Shown: positions 29,443 through 38,877, numbered from the stretch's first letter. The stretch is 64,000 nucleotides of DNA from a candidate division WOR-3 bacterium (GCA_037481815.1 JBBFKX010000001.1:384001-448000); one strand, 5' to 3'. Numbers and translations are program-made. Notes: generated by a model not told the origin, from the sequence alone.

Positions 29443-30618
29443 TCAAAAAATTATCCTGTTTCCTCTTATCTTTCTATCACTCACGTAAAGATCTCTAAGT
29501 GTTAAAATCGATGATTCCCCATATTTGTTTTTTATCATTTCAATATATTCCTTCAACCTTTCTCGTTTATCAAAATCTCCGTTAAACGCTAACTCCTGAT
29601 AAATCCCTCTATTTCTTATCCCACCTACCGATATTCCAACCAATCTCACAGGTAAAGTCAAAATTATTTTTTCAAATATTTTTTTTGTTTCTTCAAAAAT
29701 ATCCTTCCACTCATGTATGTATCTTTCAAGTTTTTTCTGTTTTGTAAATGTTTGAAAGTTTGAATATCTCACAGTTAAGGTTATCCTGTTTCCCTCAAAA
29801 AAATCATCAAGCAACCTTTTTTCTATATGTTTTGAAATCAAAGAAATATAAGATAAAATCTTTTCTTTTTCAAAAGTATCTTCTGAGAATGTGTGTGTGT
29901 TACCAACAGATTTTACTATATCAATCCTTTTATATATATCATCATTTATCTTTAAACATGTTAATTCTTTTAAAAAATAGGCATAATGTTTAAAAAGTTT
30001 TTTCAAAACAGAAAAAGGAATTTCATCGATTTGTTTAACATAAAATATACCATACGATTTCAATTTTTTTTCAATCTTTCTTCCTATACCTGGAACTTTT
30101 TCTATCTCCTTTTCTTTTATATAATTCAAAGGATCATCAACCACAAAAAAACCATTAGGTTTGTTCTCATCCGATGCTATTTTTGCAACGATTTTTTTTG
30201 TTGATATACCACATGATGCTGTGATTTTCAGTTTCTCTTTTATCGTTTTTTTTATCATCAGTGATTTTACAATCAAATCATCTTTTATGGTCGAACAAAA
30301 AAAACATTCATCTATAGAATAAGGGAAAACATTCCCTGCTATATCCTGAACTATTTTAAAAACCTCTTTCGATATTGAAAGATATTTTTCCATATCAGGT
30401 TTTATAACTATCAGATGTGGGCATCTTGACAATGCCTCATAAACAGGCATTCCCGCCTTTATACCATACTCTCTGGCTTTATAGGATGCGGATGTTATAA
30501 CGGTTCTTGAATGTTCACTTCCACCAACAGCAAGAGGTAGCCCCTTATAATATGGTCTTGATGCGATTTCAACTGAAGCGAAAAAAGAATCGATATCAAG
30601 ATGAGTCCACCAGATCAT
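29443..30618 (-). CDS. dinB: Y-family DNA polymerase (DinB/YqjW-like) with clamp-binding and RecA-NT-like C-terminal motifs
   Basis: HLDIDSFFASVE, SASYKAREYGIKAGMP, YSIDE, AKIASDENKPNG; tail QELAF...RLKEYIEMIKNKYGESSI. Start ATG 30618 by ATGA overlap. Confidence 0.92.
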   Translation of the reverse strand: MIWWTHLDIDSFFASVEIASRPYYKGLPLAVGGSEHSRTVITSASYKAREYGIKAGMPVYEALSRCPHLIVIKPDMEKYLSISKEVFKIVQDIAGNVFPYSIDECFFCSTIKDDLIVKSLMIKKTIKEKLKITASCGISTKKIVAKIASDENKPNGFFVVDDPLNYIKEKEIEKVPGIGRKIEKKLKSYGIFYVKQIDEIPFSVLKKLFKHYAYFLKELTCLKINDDIYKRIDIVKSVGNTHTFSEDTFEKEKILSYISLISKHIEKRLLDDFFEGNRITLTVRYSNFQTFTKQKKLERYIHEWKDIFEETKKIFEKIILTLPVRLVGISVGGIRNRGIYQELAFNGDFDKRERLKEYIEMIKNKYGESSILTLRDLYVSDRKIRGNRIIF

Positions 30619-30857
30619 ACTATAGCACTCTCCACATCTATAAGGTACCATCTGTTCGTTGAAAGTGAGTAAACAATATGATAATAAAAAGAACCTGATA
30701 TAGTTGAAAAGTGTATCTTTATTCCATCCTCATCAACTGTTTTCCATGAATAAGTCAACTTCTCTACCTTTATAGTTTTACCTTTCCAAAAAAATGTTTT
30801 TGGAACTATTTTACCTTTTCCAAAATAAGCAAGAACAAAAATTTGCTCTCTATTCAT
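30615..30857 (-). CDS. Small ImuB-C/DUF6504-like beta protein
   Basis: PKTFFWKGKTIKV...W...HF...YYHIVY...WYL pattern; ATGA overlaps on both sides. Confidence 0.7.
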   Translation of the reverse strand: MNREQIFVLAYFGKGKIVPKTFFWKGKTIKVEKLTYSWKTVDEDGIKIHFSTISGSFYYHIVYSLSTNRWYLIDVESAIV

Positions 30858-31444
30858 AACTTCTTTAAAACTCCAATCACCTTTCCAAAAGGTTGAAAAT
30901 CATCACCATTTTTTATCTCTATAAGAGGATATTTTGGATTTTCTGCTTTTAGATAAGTTTTACCTTTTTCAAAGATAAACCTTTTCAATGTGAATTCACC
31001 ATTCAAAAAAGCAACTATAATATCCTTATTTTTTACACTTTCACTTTTTTCAACAAGGACCATATCACCATCGTATATCATAGCACCTTCCATACTATCA
31101 CCTTTAACTTTAAGAAAAAACTTCCCTTCAACATTATCAGGGAAAAGAAAACTATCTTCTATATTTTCTTCGGAGATCACAGGTTTTCCAGCGGATATAT
31201 TACCTAAGACAGAGAGCATCTCCATTCTGAAATATTTTTTTATTTTTATTCCCCTGGATAGACCTTTCAACCTTTCAATGTATCCTTTCTTTTCGAGATT
31301 CAAAAGATGAACAAAAACACCTTTTGTGCTTTTTTTCTTTAACCCAGTACATATCTCTCTTACAGTTGGGGGATATCCATTCTTTTTATTATAAGAGTTT
31401 ATGAACTCCAAAACCTCTTTTTCTTTCTCACTCAACAAAACCAT
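30854..31444 (-). CDS. lexA: LexA repressor
   Basis: GYPPTVREIC wHTH, SAGKP cleavage site, VKGDSM (Ser), TLKRF (Lys); AGGAG RBS. Confidence 0.96.
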   Translation of the reverse strand: MVLLSEKEKEVLEFINSYNKKNGYPPTVREICTGLKKKSTKGVFVHLLNLEKKGYIERLKGLSRGIKIKKYFRMEMLSVLGNISAGKPVISEENIEDSFLFPDNVEGKFFLKVKGDSMEGAMIYDGDMVLVEKSESVKNKDIIVAFLNGEFTLKRFIFEKGKTYLKAENPKYPLIEIKNGDDFQPFGKVIGVLKKL

Positions 31445-31454
31445 AAAAACTCCT

Positions 31455-31474
31455 ATGTAAACATTTGTTTACAT
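31455..31474. promoter_or_regulatory. Putative LexA operator (SOS box)
   Basis: ATGTAAACA-TT-TGTTTACAT, perfect 9-bp arms, between the lexA -10 and RBS. Confidence 0.8.
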
Positions 31475-31500
31475 TATCAACATTTTTTGAAAAAAGTCAA
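31473..31500 (-). promoter_or_regulatory. lexA sigma70 promoter
   Basis: TTGACT-N16-GATAAT. Confidence 0.65.
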
Positions 31501-31506
31501 GATCTA

Positions 31507-31534
31507 TTGACCTGTACCTTTTTGGATATATAAT
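31507..31534 (+). promoter_or_regulatory. amrS promoter (near-leaderless)
   Basis: TTGACC-N16-TATAAT, 8 nt before ATG, no SD. Confidence 0.65.
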
Positions 31535-31542
31535 TTTTTCTT

Positions 31543-32532
31543 ATGGAAAATAAAATTTCCTATTTCTACAAAAAACTTGATAACAAAAAGGTTCAATGCA
31601 CACTCTGTCCCCATTTTTGTACACTCTCTCCAGGTCAAACTGGTTTATGTTTTGGAAGAGAAAATATAGATGGAGAACTGATAGCGATAAATTATGGTAA
31701 GGTCATGACTATAGCAGATGATCCAATCGAAAAAAAACCTCTTTACCATTTCCATCCAAAAGAGTATATAATATCGGTTGCACAGTTTGGTTGTAATCTG
31801 AAATGCCCATTCTGTCAAAACTATAACATATCCCAAAACTATTTTGATGCCGAATTCATTCCAGTTGATGGGCTTTACAGGTTGATAAAAAACAAAGGTA
31901 GAAAAAGAATAGCGTTCACATACACTGAACCTTTGATGTGGTATGAATACATTCATGATTTTGGTCAATCATATTCAAAACAGATAGATATAGTTCTTGT
32001 AACAAATGGAACGATAAATGAAGAACCAGCAAAAAAACTGTTACCTTTTATAAAAGCAGCAAACATAGATTTGAAATCTTTCAACAGCGACTTTTATAAA
32101 AAAGAACTCAAAGGTGATCTTGAAAGTGTAAAAAATTTTATTAAGTTATCATACGAAATGGGAGTCCATATAGAAATCACAAACCTTCTGATCCCACAAA
32201 AAAACGATAATCTTGAAGAATTTAAACTTATGGTTGATTTTATAAGTTCAGTTTCAAACAGAATCCCTTTTCATATATCAAGATACTTTCCAAACTATAA
32301 ATATAAAATTCCCCCAACACCACCTGAAAAGATGTTTGAATTTTATAATTTAGCAAAAGAAAAACTCCAATATGTATATTTAGGAAACCTGTTTGATAAC
32401 AACTATTCAAACACATATTGTCCTGTTTGTTCCAATCTGTTAATAGAAAGAAACTTTTACGATATAAACCTGATAGGGATCAGTGATAAAAAATGTTCAA
32501 AATGTAATTCTCCAGTCGATATAATACTATGA
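31543..32532 (+). CDS. amrS: AmmeMemoRadiSam system radical SAM enzyme
   Basis: VQCTLCPHFC, DPIEKKPLYHFHP, GCNLKCPFCQN, FTYTEP, AANIDLK, HISRYFP, C-terminal CxxC pairs. Confidence 0.93.
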   Translation: MENKISYFYKKLDNKKVQCTLCPHFCTLSPGQTGLCFGRENIDGELIAINYGKVMTIADDPIEKKPLYHFHPKEYIISVAQFGCNLKCPFCQNYNISQNYFDAEFIPVDGLYRLIKNKGRKRIAFTYTEPLMWYEYIHDFGQSYSKQIDIVLVTNGTINEEPAKKLLPFIKAANIDLKSFNSDFYKKELKGDLESVKNFIKLSYEMGVHIEITNLLIPQKNDNLEEFKLMVDFISSVSNRIPFHISRYFPNYKYKIPPTPPEKMFEFYNLAKEKLQYVYLGNLFDNNYSNTYCPVCSNLLIERNFYDINLIGISDKKCSKCNSPVDIIL

Positions 32533-32547
32533 AAAATTTTTCATAGT
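32526..32547. repeat. Perfect 22-bp palindrome (enhancer site or weak terminator)
   Basis: ACTATGAAAAATTTTTCATAGT equals its own reverse complement. Confidence 0.6.
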
Positions 32548-32622
32548 TTTTCAAAAATATTATCTTTTTATAAAAATTCTTCTGTTAAACCACTAAAAAA
32601 TAATGACTTAAAAATAAAAATT

Positions 32623-32639
32623 CTGGCATAAAATTTGCT
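32623..32639 (+). promoter_or_regulatory. sigma54 (-24/-12) promoter of pilin operon
   Basis: CTGGCATAAAATTTGCT: GG-N10-GC, close to consensus TGGCAC-N5-TTGC; AGGAG RBS follows. Confidence 0.8.
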
Positions 32640-32665
32640 TTTTTTATTTCAAAAAGGAGTTTTGT

Positions 32666-33088
32666 ATGGCAAGAAAAGGGTTTACAATGATAGAAACGCT
32701 TGTTGTTATAGTTATAATAGGAATGATTCTTGGTTTTGCTGTTCCTCGATTCAATTCCAGACAGGCGAAGTTTAATAGCACAGTTAACAACATCATTGAC
32801 CAGTTGAATATGGCAAGGCAGGAAGCAGCGACAAAAAATATTACAACTACCTTCTACCTTTCAAAAGATTCCTTTCAATACGGTAACAATGTTTACAGAT
32901 TTCCATCAAGAGTTTTTACATACGATTTTATAAATGAACAGGAATTTTCTTTTGACTCCCCTATAGAGTTTATGCCTGGAGGCAAAACTGATGCTGTATA
33001 TGCTATACAGGTTATCGATTCTGCAACATCAAGACAGAGTATGATTTACATTTTCCCATCCGGTTATATTTTAAAAGGAACAGAATAG
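32666..33088 (+). CDS. Type IV minor pilin, FimT/FimU/GspH-like
   Basis: MARKG-FTMIE class III signal; ARQEA and F.P.G motifs. Confidence 0.85.
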   Translation: MARKGFTMIETLVVIVIIGMILGFAVPRFNSRQAKFNSTVNNIIDQLNMARQEAATKNITTTFYLSKDSFQYGNNVYRFPSRVFTYDFINEQEFSFDSPIEFMPGGKTDAVYAIQVIDSATSRQSMIYIFPSGYILKGTE

Positions 33089-33096
33089 GAGGAATA

Positions 33097-33471
33097 ATGA
33101 AAAAAGGTTTTACACTTCTTGAACTTTTAGTTTCTTCGATAATACTTGCAATCGGAATTCTTGGACTTGCTGCACTCTTCCCTGCTGCGATGAGATCAAC
33201 ATTATTAACAAGACAAAACACGCAGGCGATAGAAATTTGTCAATCAACAATAGAATATTTAAGAACTCTACCTATCACATCCGATGAACTTGCAGAAGGA
33301 ACACATGGGCCAGATACAATAGATTCAAAATTTGTTAGAACATACACTGTTACGGATAACCATCCTGCAACGAATATGAAATTTGTTGAAGTTACGGTTT
33401 CATGGCAACAGGTTGGTGGAAGTGGTGGATTAAACCACTCCCAAACAATGAAAACCTATATTTCTAAATAG
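33097..33471 (+). CDS. Type IV minor pilin, PilV-like
   Basis: MKKG-FTLLE...ILAIGILGLAAL; VEVTVSW. Confidence 0.85.
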   Translation: MKKGFTLLELLVSSIILAIGILGLAALFPAAMRSTLLTRQNTQAIEICQSTIEYLRTLPITSDELAEGTHGPDTIDSKFVRTYTVTDNHPATNMKFVEVTVSWQQVGGSGGLNHSQTMKTYISK

Positions 33472-33483
33472 TAAGGAGATATT

Positions 33484-36063
33484 ATGAAAAAGAAAGGTTT
33501 CACTTTACTTGAACTCCTTCTGGCAATCACAATTTTTTCAATAATAGTTGGTGCTGCTATCACAGTTTTTGTGAACTCCCAAAACTCAAAACAAAAAGTT
33601 GATCTTATGACACAGGCACAACAATCAGCGCGAATCGCAGTTGATTACATGATAAGGGATATAAGAGCAGCGGGTTATAGTATCGATGTTGATGAAACTT
33701 CAACATCACCTCAAAGAAGGCTGGTTTACGCTTCACCTTATGAACTGATTTTCAACGCAAACCTTTTACCTTATCAGGACACCCCTGATAATCCACAGGA
33801 ACCAAGAGCGATGAAAGTTACATCATCTCTTGAGGAAAGACCTGCGCATTATTATCCTCCAATGCAATATCAAACAGGTGCTGAAACTGTTGTTTATACA
33901 CTTGATTGGAACAATGATGGTATAATAAATCAGGATGATCGAGACAACTCCCCTGCATCGTTAACAAAAAATCCTAACGATTATTGTATGGTTAAAAGAG
34001 TTTATGGGCTTTACGATTCGGGTTTGAATATTGAATATATTTTACCACCAGGTTCACCATTTGACTGGTCAAACCATCAGGTTGTTTCCATCGTTGCTGG
34101 TCCAGACAGATATCCTGCACAGACAACTGGAACTCCAATTTTCCATTACTGGTATGATGACGATGGAGATCCAACAACTCCATTAAAACTCTATGGTGAT
34201 GCAAACAATGATGGAGAACTAAGTCAAAATGAGGCAAACGCATTAGCACCGATAACCGACTATGAAATGCTTGATAGAATTCAAATAGTTACAGTAAAAA
34301 TAACCGGAGTATCACAGACACCTTTCAGAGGAAAATATTTAACATCTTCTGTTCAGACAGATGTTAACATAACAAGAAATACTTCAATAGATGTATTCGT
34401 TGTAAAAGGTCATGTTTATGTTGATGAGAATAAGAATGGTGAATACGATTCTGGAGAGGATGGTATAGAAGGGATGAAAATAAAACTTTCAACAGGAGAA
34501 GTCGCTCTAACAGATGAAAATGGTTTATGGGTTTACGCTGTAGTTCCAGGTGTTTACACTGCTTCAATAACACCACAACTTTTCTATAGGCCAACAACTC
34601 CATCAAATTTTGATTTCACAATAACAAACTCTTCAAGAGATTTTACAGATGAAGAGGATTATAAAAAATTCTTTGGAATGGAAGAGACCCCTGCTGCAAA
34701 AGTTTCAGGAATCGTGTTTGAAGACCTTAACGCTGATGGTTTCTGGCAACAGGACTCAGAACCAGGTGTTCCAGATTTAGAAGTCGCTGTCTGGAACAAC
34801 AGTACAAAATCTTATTCTTCACCAGCAGATTCTGTTGGTATATTCCATCTTGATGTTAACGCTGGAGAGTCATTGTATATATGGGTAGCACCGAATGATA
34901 GTTTTGGACCAAGTAATGTTGACCTTAACGACCAACTCGGATTTACTCAGGGAACACCTCTTCTTTCAATACTTTCAACTTCCGCTGTTTTAGGATATCT
35001 TGATGAAGGAGAGGAAGGTTATATCGCTTTTGGAATGCTTAAAGCAACGGGGACAAGACCAACTTTAAGAGTTGTTGTCCCAAACGGTGGAGAATTATGG
35101 CATACAGGATCATCTTATGATATAAAAGTTTATGCTACATCAAACGATTCTGGAGAAGTTATAAAAAAGTTGATCTATTATTATTCTGTTGATGGAGGAG
35201 ATAACTGGAGATACATTGATGAACAATCTTATCCAACACCATCATCAGGTGATACTTTATACACTTATTATTGGACAATACCTGACTCAGTCCAAGGAAG
35301 TCAGATATGTCTTGTTAAGGTTATATGTATAGATGAAGGAAACTGGTCTGTTTATGATATGTCAGATAACTATTTTATGATCGTCAACCAGGCAGGGTAT
35401 ACATATCTTTTCTTAACAAACGAATATGTTGATTCTTTATATGACGACACTTTATATCTTTACGCTTTCGGTGGGACATATTATTCTGGTGTTGGAACAT
35501 CAGGGCAATATCCGCTCCCAAGATATATGAATACAGTAAACTCAAGAGTTATGGGCATCGCTGGTGATTCTATTCAGACTTTTAATGTCTTAATACATAA
35601 ACCTTTTGTAACTCAAATAGGTATGAAAGCAGAATGGATAACAAAAAAAGGTATACCTTATGCTGATACTATATATCCAGGTATATGGAGATTCGTTGGT
35701 TATGGAGTAACAGATGATCCAGATGTTGAAACAAAACCAAAATATTTTGATATAGAAGTTTACAAAACCGACTCTTTCGGTTCAAAAACATCAAGAGTGT
35801 TACTCTTTTCAACTCTAAACGCTGCAACTTACGATTCAATAAAAAGAACAGGATCCATAATGAATGAAGAAGATGAGTCATCAATGGACATCTACATAAA
35901 CCATGGATTCTCAATGACAAGAGCCGATAGATTATATATAAAAGTTTACTATTCAGGTAATTTTTCCAATACAGGTGGACCTTCTGGAACTATTTCTCCA
36001 AAAATATGGATGACTTTTGGGGAAACAAGAGGAACAAAACTTTCACTTCCACCTAAAAATTAA
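33484..36063 (+). CDS. Very large PilW-like minor pilin with SdrD-B-like and Ig-like domains
   Basis: MKKKG-FTLLE; ARIAVDYMIRDIRAAGY PilW motif; GHVYVDENKNG and GIVFEDLNADG repeats; VVPNGGE.W Ig-like domain. Confidence 0.85.
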   Translation: MKKKGFTLLELLLAITIFSIIVGAAITVFVNSQNSKQKVDLMTQAQQSARIAVDYMIRDIRAAGYSIDVDETSTSPQRRLVYASPYELIFNANLLPYQDTPDNPQEPRAMKVTSSLEERPAHYYPPMQYQTGAETVVYTLDWNNDGIINQDDRDNSPASLTKNPNDYCMVKRVYGLYDSGLNIEYILPPGSPFDWSNHQVVSIVAGPDRYPAQTTGTPIFHYWYDDDGDPTTPLKLYGDANNDGELSQNEANALAPITDYEMLDRIQIVTVKITGVSQTPFRGKYLTSSVQTDVNITRNTSIDVFVVKGHVYVDENKNGEYDSGEDGIEGMKIKLSTGEVALTDENGLWVYAVVPGVYTASITPQLFYRPTTPSNFDFTITNSSRDFTDEEDYKKFFGMEETPAAKVSGIVFEDLNADGFWQQDSEPGVPDLEVAVWNNSTKSYSSPADSVGIFHLDVNAGESLYIWVAPNDSFGPSNVDLNDQLGFTQGTPLLSILSTSAVLGYLDEGEEGYIAFGMLKATGTRPTLRVVVPNGGELWHTGSSYDIKVYATSNDSGEVIKKLIYYYSVDGGDNWRYIDEQSYPTPSSGDTLYTYYWTIPDSVQGSQICLVKVICIDEGNWSVYDMSDNYFMIVNQAGYTYLFLTNEYVDSLYDDTLYLYAFGGTYYSGVGTSGQYPLPRYMNTVNSRVMGIAGDSIQTFNVLIHKPFVTQIGMKAEWITKKGIPYADTIYPGIWRFVGYGVTDDPDVETKPKYFDIEVYKTDSFGSKTSRVLLFSTLNAATYDSIKRTGSIMNEEDESSMDIYINHGFSMTRADRLYIKVYYSGNFSNTGGPSGTISPKIWMTFGETRGTKLSLPPKN

Positions 36064-36074
36064 AGGAGTTTTTT

Positions 36075-37568
36075 ATGGAAAAGAAAGGAATTGCACTCGT
36101 TACTACAATAATGATCCTTTTGATGTTATCACTCCTTGCAGCAGGAATGTTTTTTACAATAAAAAATGAGACCGCGATATCTATCTACCAGGCACAATCG
36201 GTTCAGGTCATATCTGTTGCTGAGTCAGCACTAGATGAGATCAAGCATAGAATGAATCTACCTCCTTCAGATCCAGCATTTATAGGAGATACATCTGTAC
36301 CTTTGAATCCAAACTGGAAAACCGTTATACTTTTTGAAGATCATTCCGATCAGGATGATTCAATTACTGGAATTTTTTATAAGACATCACTTCAAACAGA
36401 ACTTGATGATTTCGATCCTGATAATCCTGAGATGGATTATACAACAAAAGAGTATGAGGAAGGGGTTTCTTTAACGATAAGGCACAAAACGAATGAGGAC
36501 AAAACTCAAATATATTATTATGATTCAAAGACAGAAAAACAATTTTTAGGACCTCCATCACTTGTTGTTGAATATCCCCCTGTTGAACTTGTTGAAATAA
36601 CAGCACGTTCAGGTAAAGCGGTAAAAAAGATTCTTGCAGAGATTTCAAAACAGGAAGTTAACATAAAAGTTCAATCAGCATTATCATCCTCAACGATAGC
36701 ATGGCAGATGACAGGTAATACTGATGTTTATGTTTGTGGACACAATCACCTTCTTTCAACACCATTTAATGTTTGTCCTTTTGACCCAACAACCGCTGCA
36801 CCTCATCAACCAGGATCTTCAACACCTGCTGTTTCATGCTGGGCAGTTCAGTCGGGAACCGGTTCATACGCAACAGGAAAACCTTTATACCATGTTGAGA
36901 TAGATTCTGTTGATTCACATCCTGGAAAGAACCATTATTTCTATAACTATTATAAACACACATGGAATATAAACCGCCTTGAATATGACCCTTATTGCAC
37001 AAGAGCAGGATGTCTTGCGGGTATTGCAACAACTTCATCAAGTGTTGGCAACTATGGAGCAACAAAATCACACATTTTCGGAAATCCAGATATCATAATC
37101 AAATATGATCTTGTGATTCCCGAACTTTACGAAGTATTGGGATATGCATCTGAGGCAGAAATGAATGAAGCTATCAACTGGGAGACATCACTTGTGAGTG
37201 ATCCGGTGAACATCAGATATTTCAAGTTAGGTTCAGGACCAGGTTCAGTAATAGAGATACCGACAATCAATTCTCAGACAGTTGGAATAATCTGGGTCAA
37301 CGGAAGTGTGAGATTGAGAGCTGGTTCAAGGAGTTTTCAACATAAAGGGCTCCTCTACATTCAGGGAGATCTTTTAGAAACATCAACACCAGGAGGTAAC
37401 TACGATTTCTGGGTTTTGGGTGCTATGATGGTTAAGGGTTATATCGATGATATACATACATCAGGAAACAAAAGAATGTTTTTCATGTATTCGAAAGATG
37501 CTCTGTCACAAACAGTTGAGCAGGACTTAAGATTCTATAAACTTATCGGGTGGAAAGAGGTCTATTGA
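36075..37568 (+). CDS. PilX-like minor pilin
   Basis: MEKKG-IALVT (no Glu5, typical of PilX/GspK), AESAL; C-terminal G-hydrophobic-G repeats; ends W.E. Confidence 0.8.
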   Translation: MEKKGIALVTTIMILLMLSLLAAGMFFTIKNETAISIYQAQSVQVISVAESALDEIKHRMNLPPSDPAFIGDTSVPLNPNWKTVILFEDHSDQDDSITGIFYKTSLQTELDDFDPDNPEMDYTTKEYEEGVSLTIRHKTNEDKTQIYYYDSKTEKQFLGPPSLVVEYPPVELVEITARSGKAVKKILAEISKQEVNIKVQSALSSSTIAWQMTGNTDVYVCGHNHLLSTPFNVCPFDPTTAAPHQPGSSTPAVSCWAVQSGTGSYATGKPLYHVEIDSVDSHPGKNHYFYNYYKHTWNINRLEYDPYCTRAGCLAGIATTSSSVGNYGATKSHIFGNPDIIIKYDLVIPELYEVLGYASEAEMNEAINWETSLVSDPVNIRYFKLGSGPGSVIEIPTINSQTVGIIWVNGSVRLRAGSRSFQHKGLLYIQGDLLETSTPGGNYDFWVLGAMMVKGYIDDIHTSGNKRMFFMYSKDALSQTVEQDLRFYKLIGWKEVY

Positions 37569-38089
37569 TGCATAACTATTTGCAGGACGAGCTCAACCTT
37601 TACGGTGAATTCGTTGAAGAGGTTGATATAGCAAAATTTATTATACAGGCAAATTCAGGGCCTTTCCATATTTTAAGGGAAAGGCCTGATTTAAAATATA
37701 TAGGTGAAAAAATAAAAAATGAGTTTCTTTCAAACCATCAGATGATAAGATCAAATGAAATTTTTCAACAGATTTCAGACAAATGTACGCGTGTTCATAT
37801 AACACCTTTTTTGAGAAAGTATAAATCGGCAAAACTCTTGGCTGAACTTTTTTTACAAAATTTTGATTTTTATTCTGACGAGTATCTTCTTCCAATAGAT
37901 GAAAACTATATAAACTTAGTTTTATCACAGATAGAAAACTATAATACGGACATAATAAAAAATCTTTTGATAAAATACAACAAAGAAGGATTCGTCCCTC
38001 ACCATTCTGAAAGATACAAAAACAATGTTCATCCTTCATATCTTGTGTTTTTAAATGAGGTGATCAAGCAAAATATAACAATTTTATGA
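37568..38089 (+). CDS. Hypothetical protein (Q..GPxH and HHSExY motifs)
   Basis: TGATG overlap with pilX stop; QANSGPFH and PHHSERYKNNVHPSY. Confidence 0.6.
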   Translation: MHNYLQDELNLYGEFVEEVDIAKFIIQANSGPFHILRERPDLKYIGEKIKNEFLSNHQMIRSNEIFQQISDKCTRVHITPFLRKYKSAKLLAELFLQNFDFYSDEYLLPIDENYINLVLSQIENYNTDIIKNLLIKYNKEGFVPHHSERYKNNVHPSYLVFLNEVIKQNITIL

Positions 38090-38877
38090 AAAATCAAAAA
38101 TTTTATTTTTTAATCGTCATATTTTTAGCCCTTCTTTCTGTAATATATTTAACATATTCGAAATATCTAAATCGACCGATTCTTGTTATTGAAGACAAAA
38201 AATTTTCGTTTGAGTATTTTTTTAAATACAAAGAGTTTTATAAAAGAATCAACTCACTCGACCATGTTCTCGATTGTAATATAGTTGATGAAATAGTTAA
38301 AAACTATGTTTTCTTCAAAATTGCAAAAGAGGAAGGTATAGATGTTTCTAACAAAAGTATAGATTTTTATTTTAACATGCATAAAAATGATTTAAAAATT
38401 GATTTTGAAAAAATTGAAAAAGTTTTTAAGGAGGAAGAATTTTTCGAATTTTTTAAAAAACCTTTTGTTGTGAAAAATCTTCTGATTGAAAAAATAAAAT
38501 ACGATTCAACAGTTATACAAAAAGAAAGATATGCATATTCAAAAAAAGTTTTGAACGAATGGGATGGAAAAACCGTTGATAAAAACTTTTTAAACGAATT
38601 TACAGAATATGTTGAACAGCATTTTGAAAAAGATGGTAAAAATGAATTTGAAACAGGTAAAAAAAATTTTTCTGAGGATGATGGATTTTATTATGTTTTT
38701 TCTTCTAACAAAAATACACTTTTTGGCTATAGAGTTTACAAAGTTTCATCTGATGAATATTTAAAAAAGAAATATCAAAAAAAATTTATATTGAAATTTC
38801 TGGATGATAAAGACAGGAGAGCATTTTTGTTGGTCAACAAAGATAAACTTCTTGGCACAATAGTTGAAGTCAGATGA
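38086..38877 (+). CDS. Membrane-anchored SurA/PrsA N-domain-like protein
   Basis: N-terminal TM; IVDEIV...KIAKEEGIDVS pattern; no clear PPIase motif. Confidence 0.45.
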   Translation: MKNQKFYFLIVIFLALLSVIYLTYSKYLNRPILVIEDKKFSFEYFFKYKEFYKRINSLDHVLDCNIVDEIVKNYVFFKIAKEEGIDVSNKSIDFYFNMHKNDLKIDFEKIEKVFKEEEFFEFFKKPFVVKNLLIEKIKYDSTVIQKERYAYSKKVLNEWDGKTVDKNFLNEFTEYVEQHFEKDGKNEFETGKKNFSEDDGFYYVFSSNKNTLFGYRVYKVSSDEYLKKKYQKKFILKFLDDKDRRAFLLVNKDKLLGTIVEVR

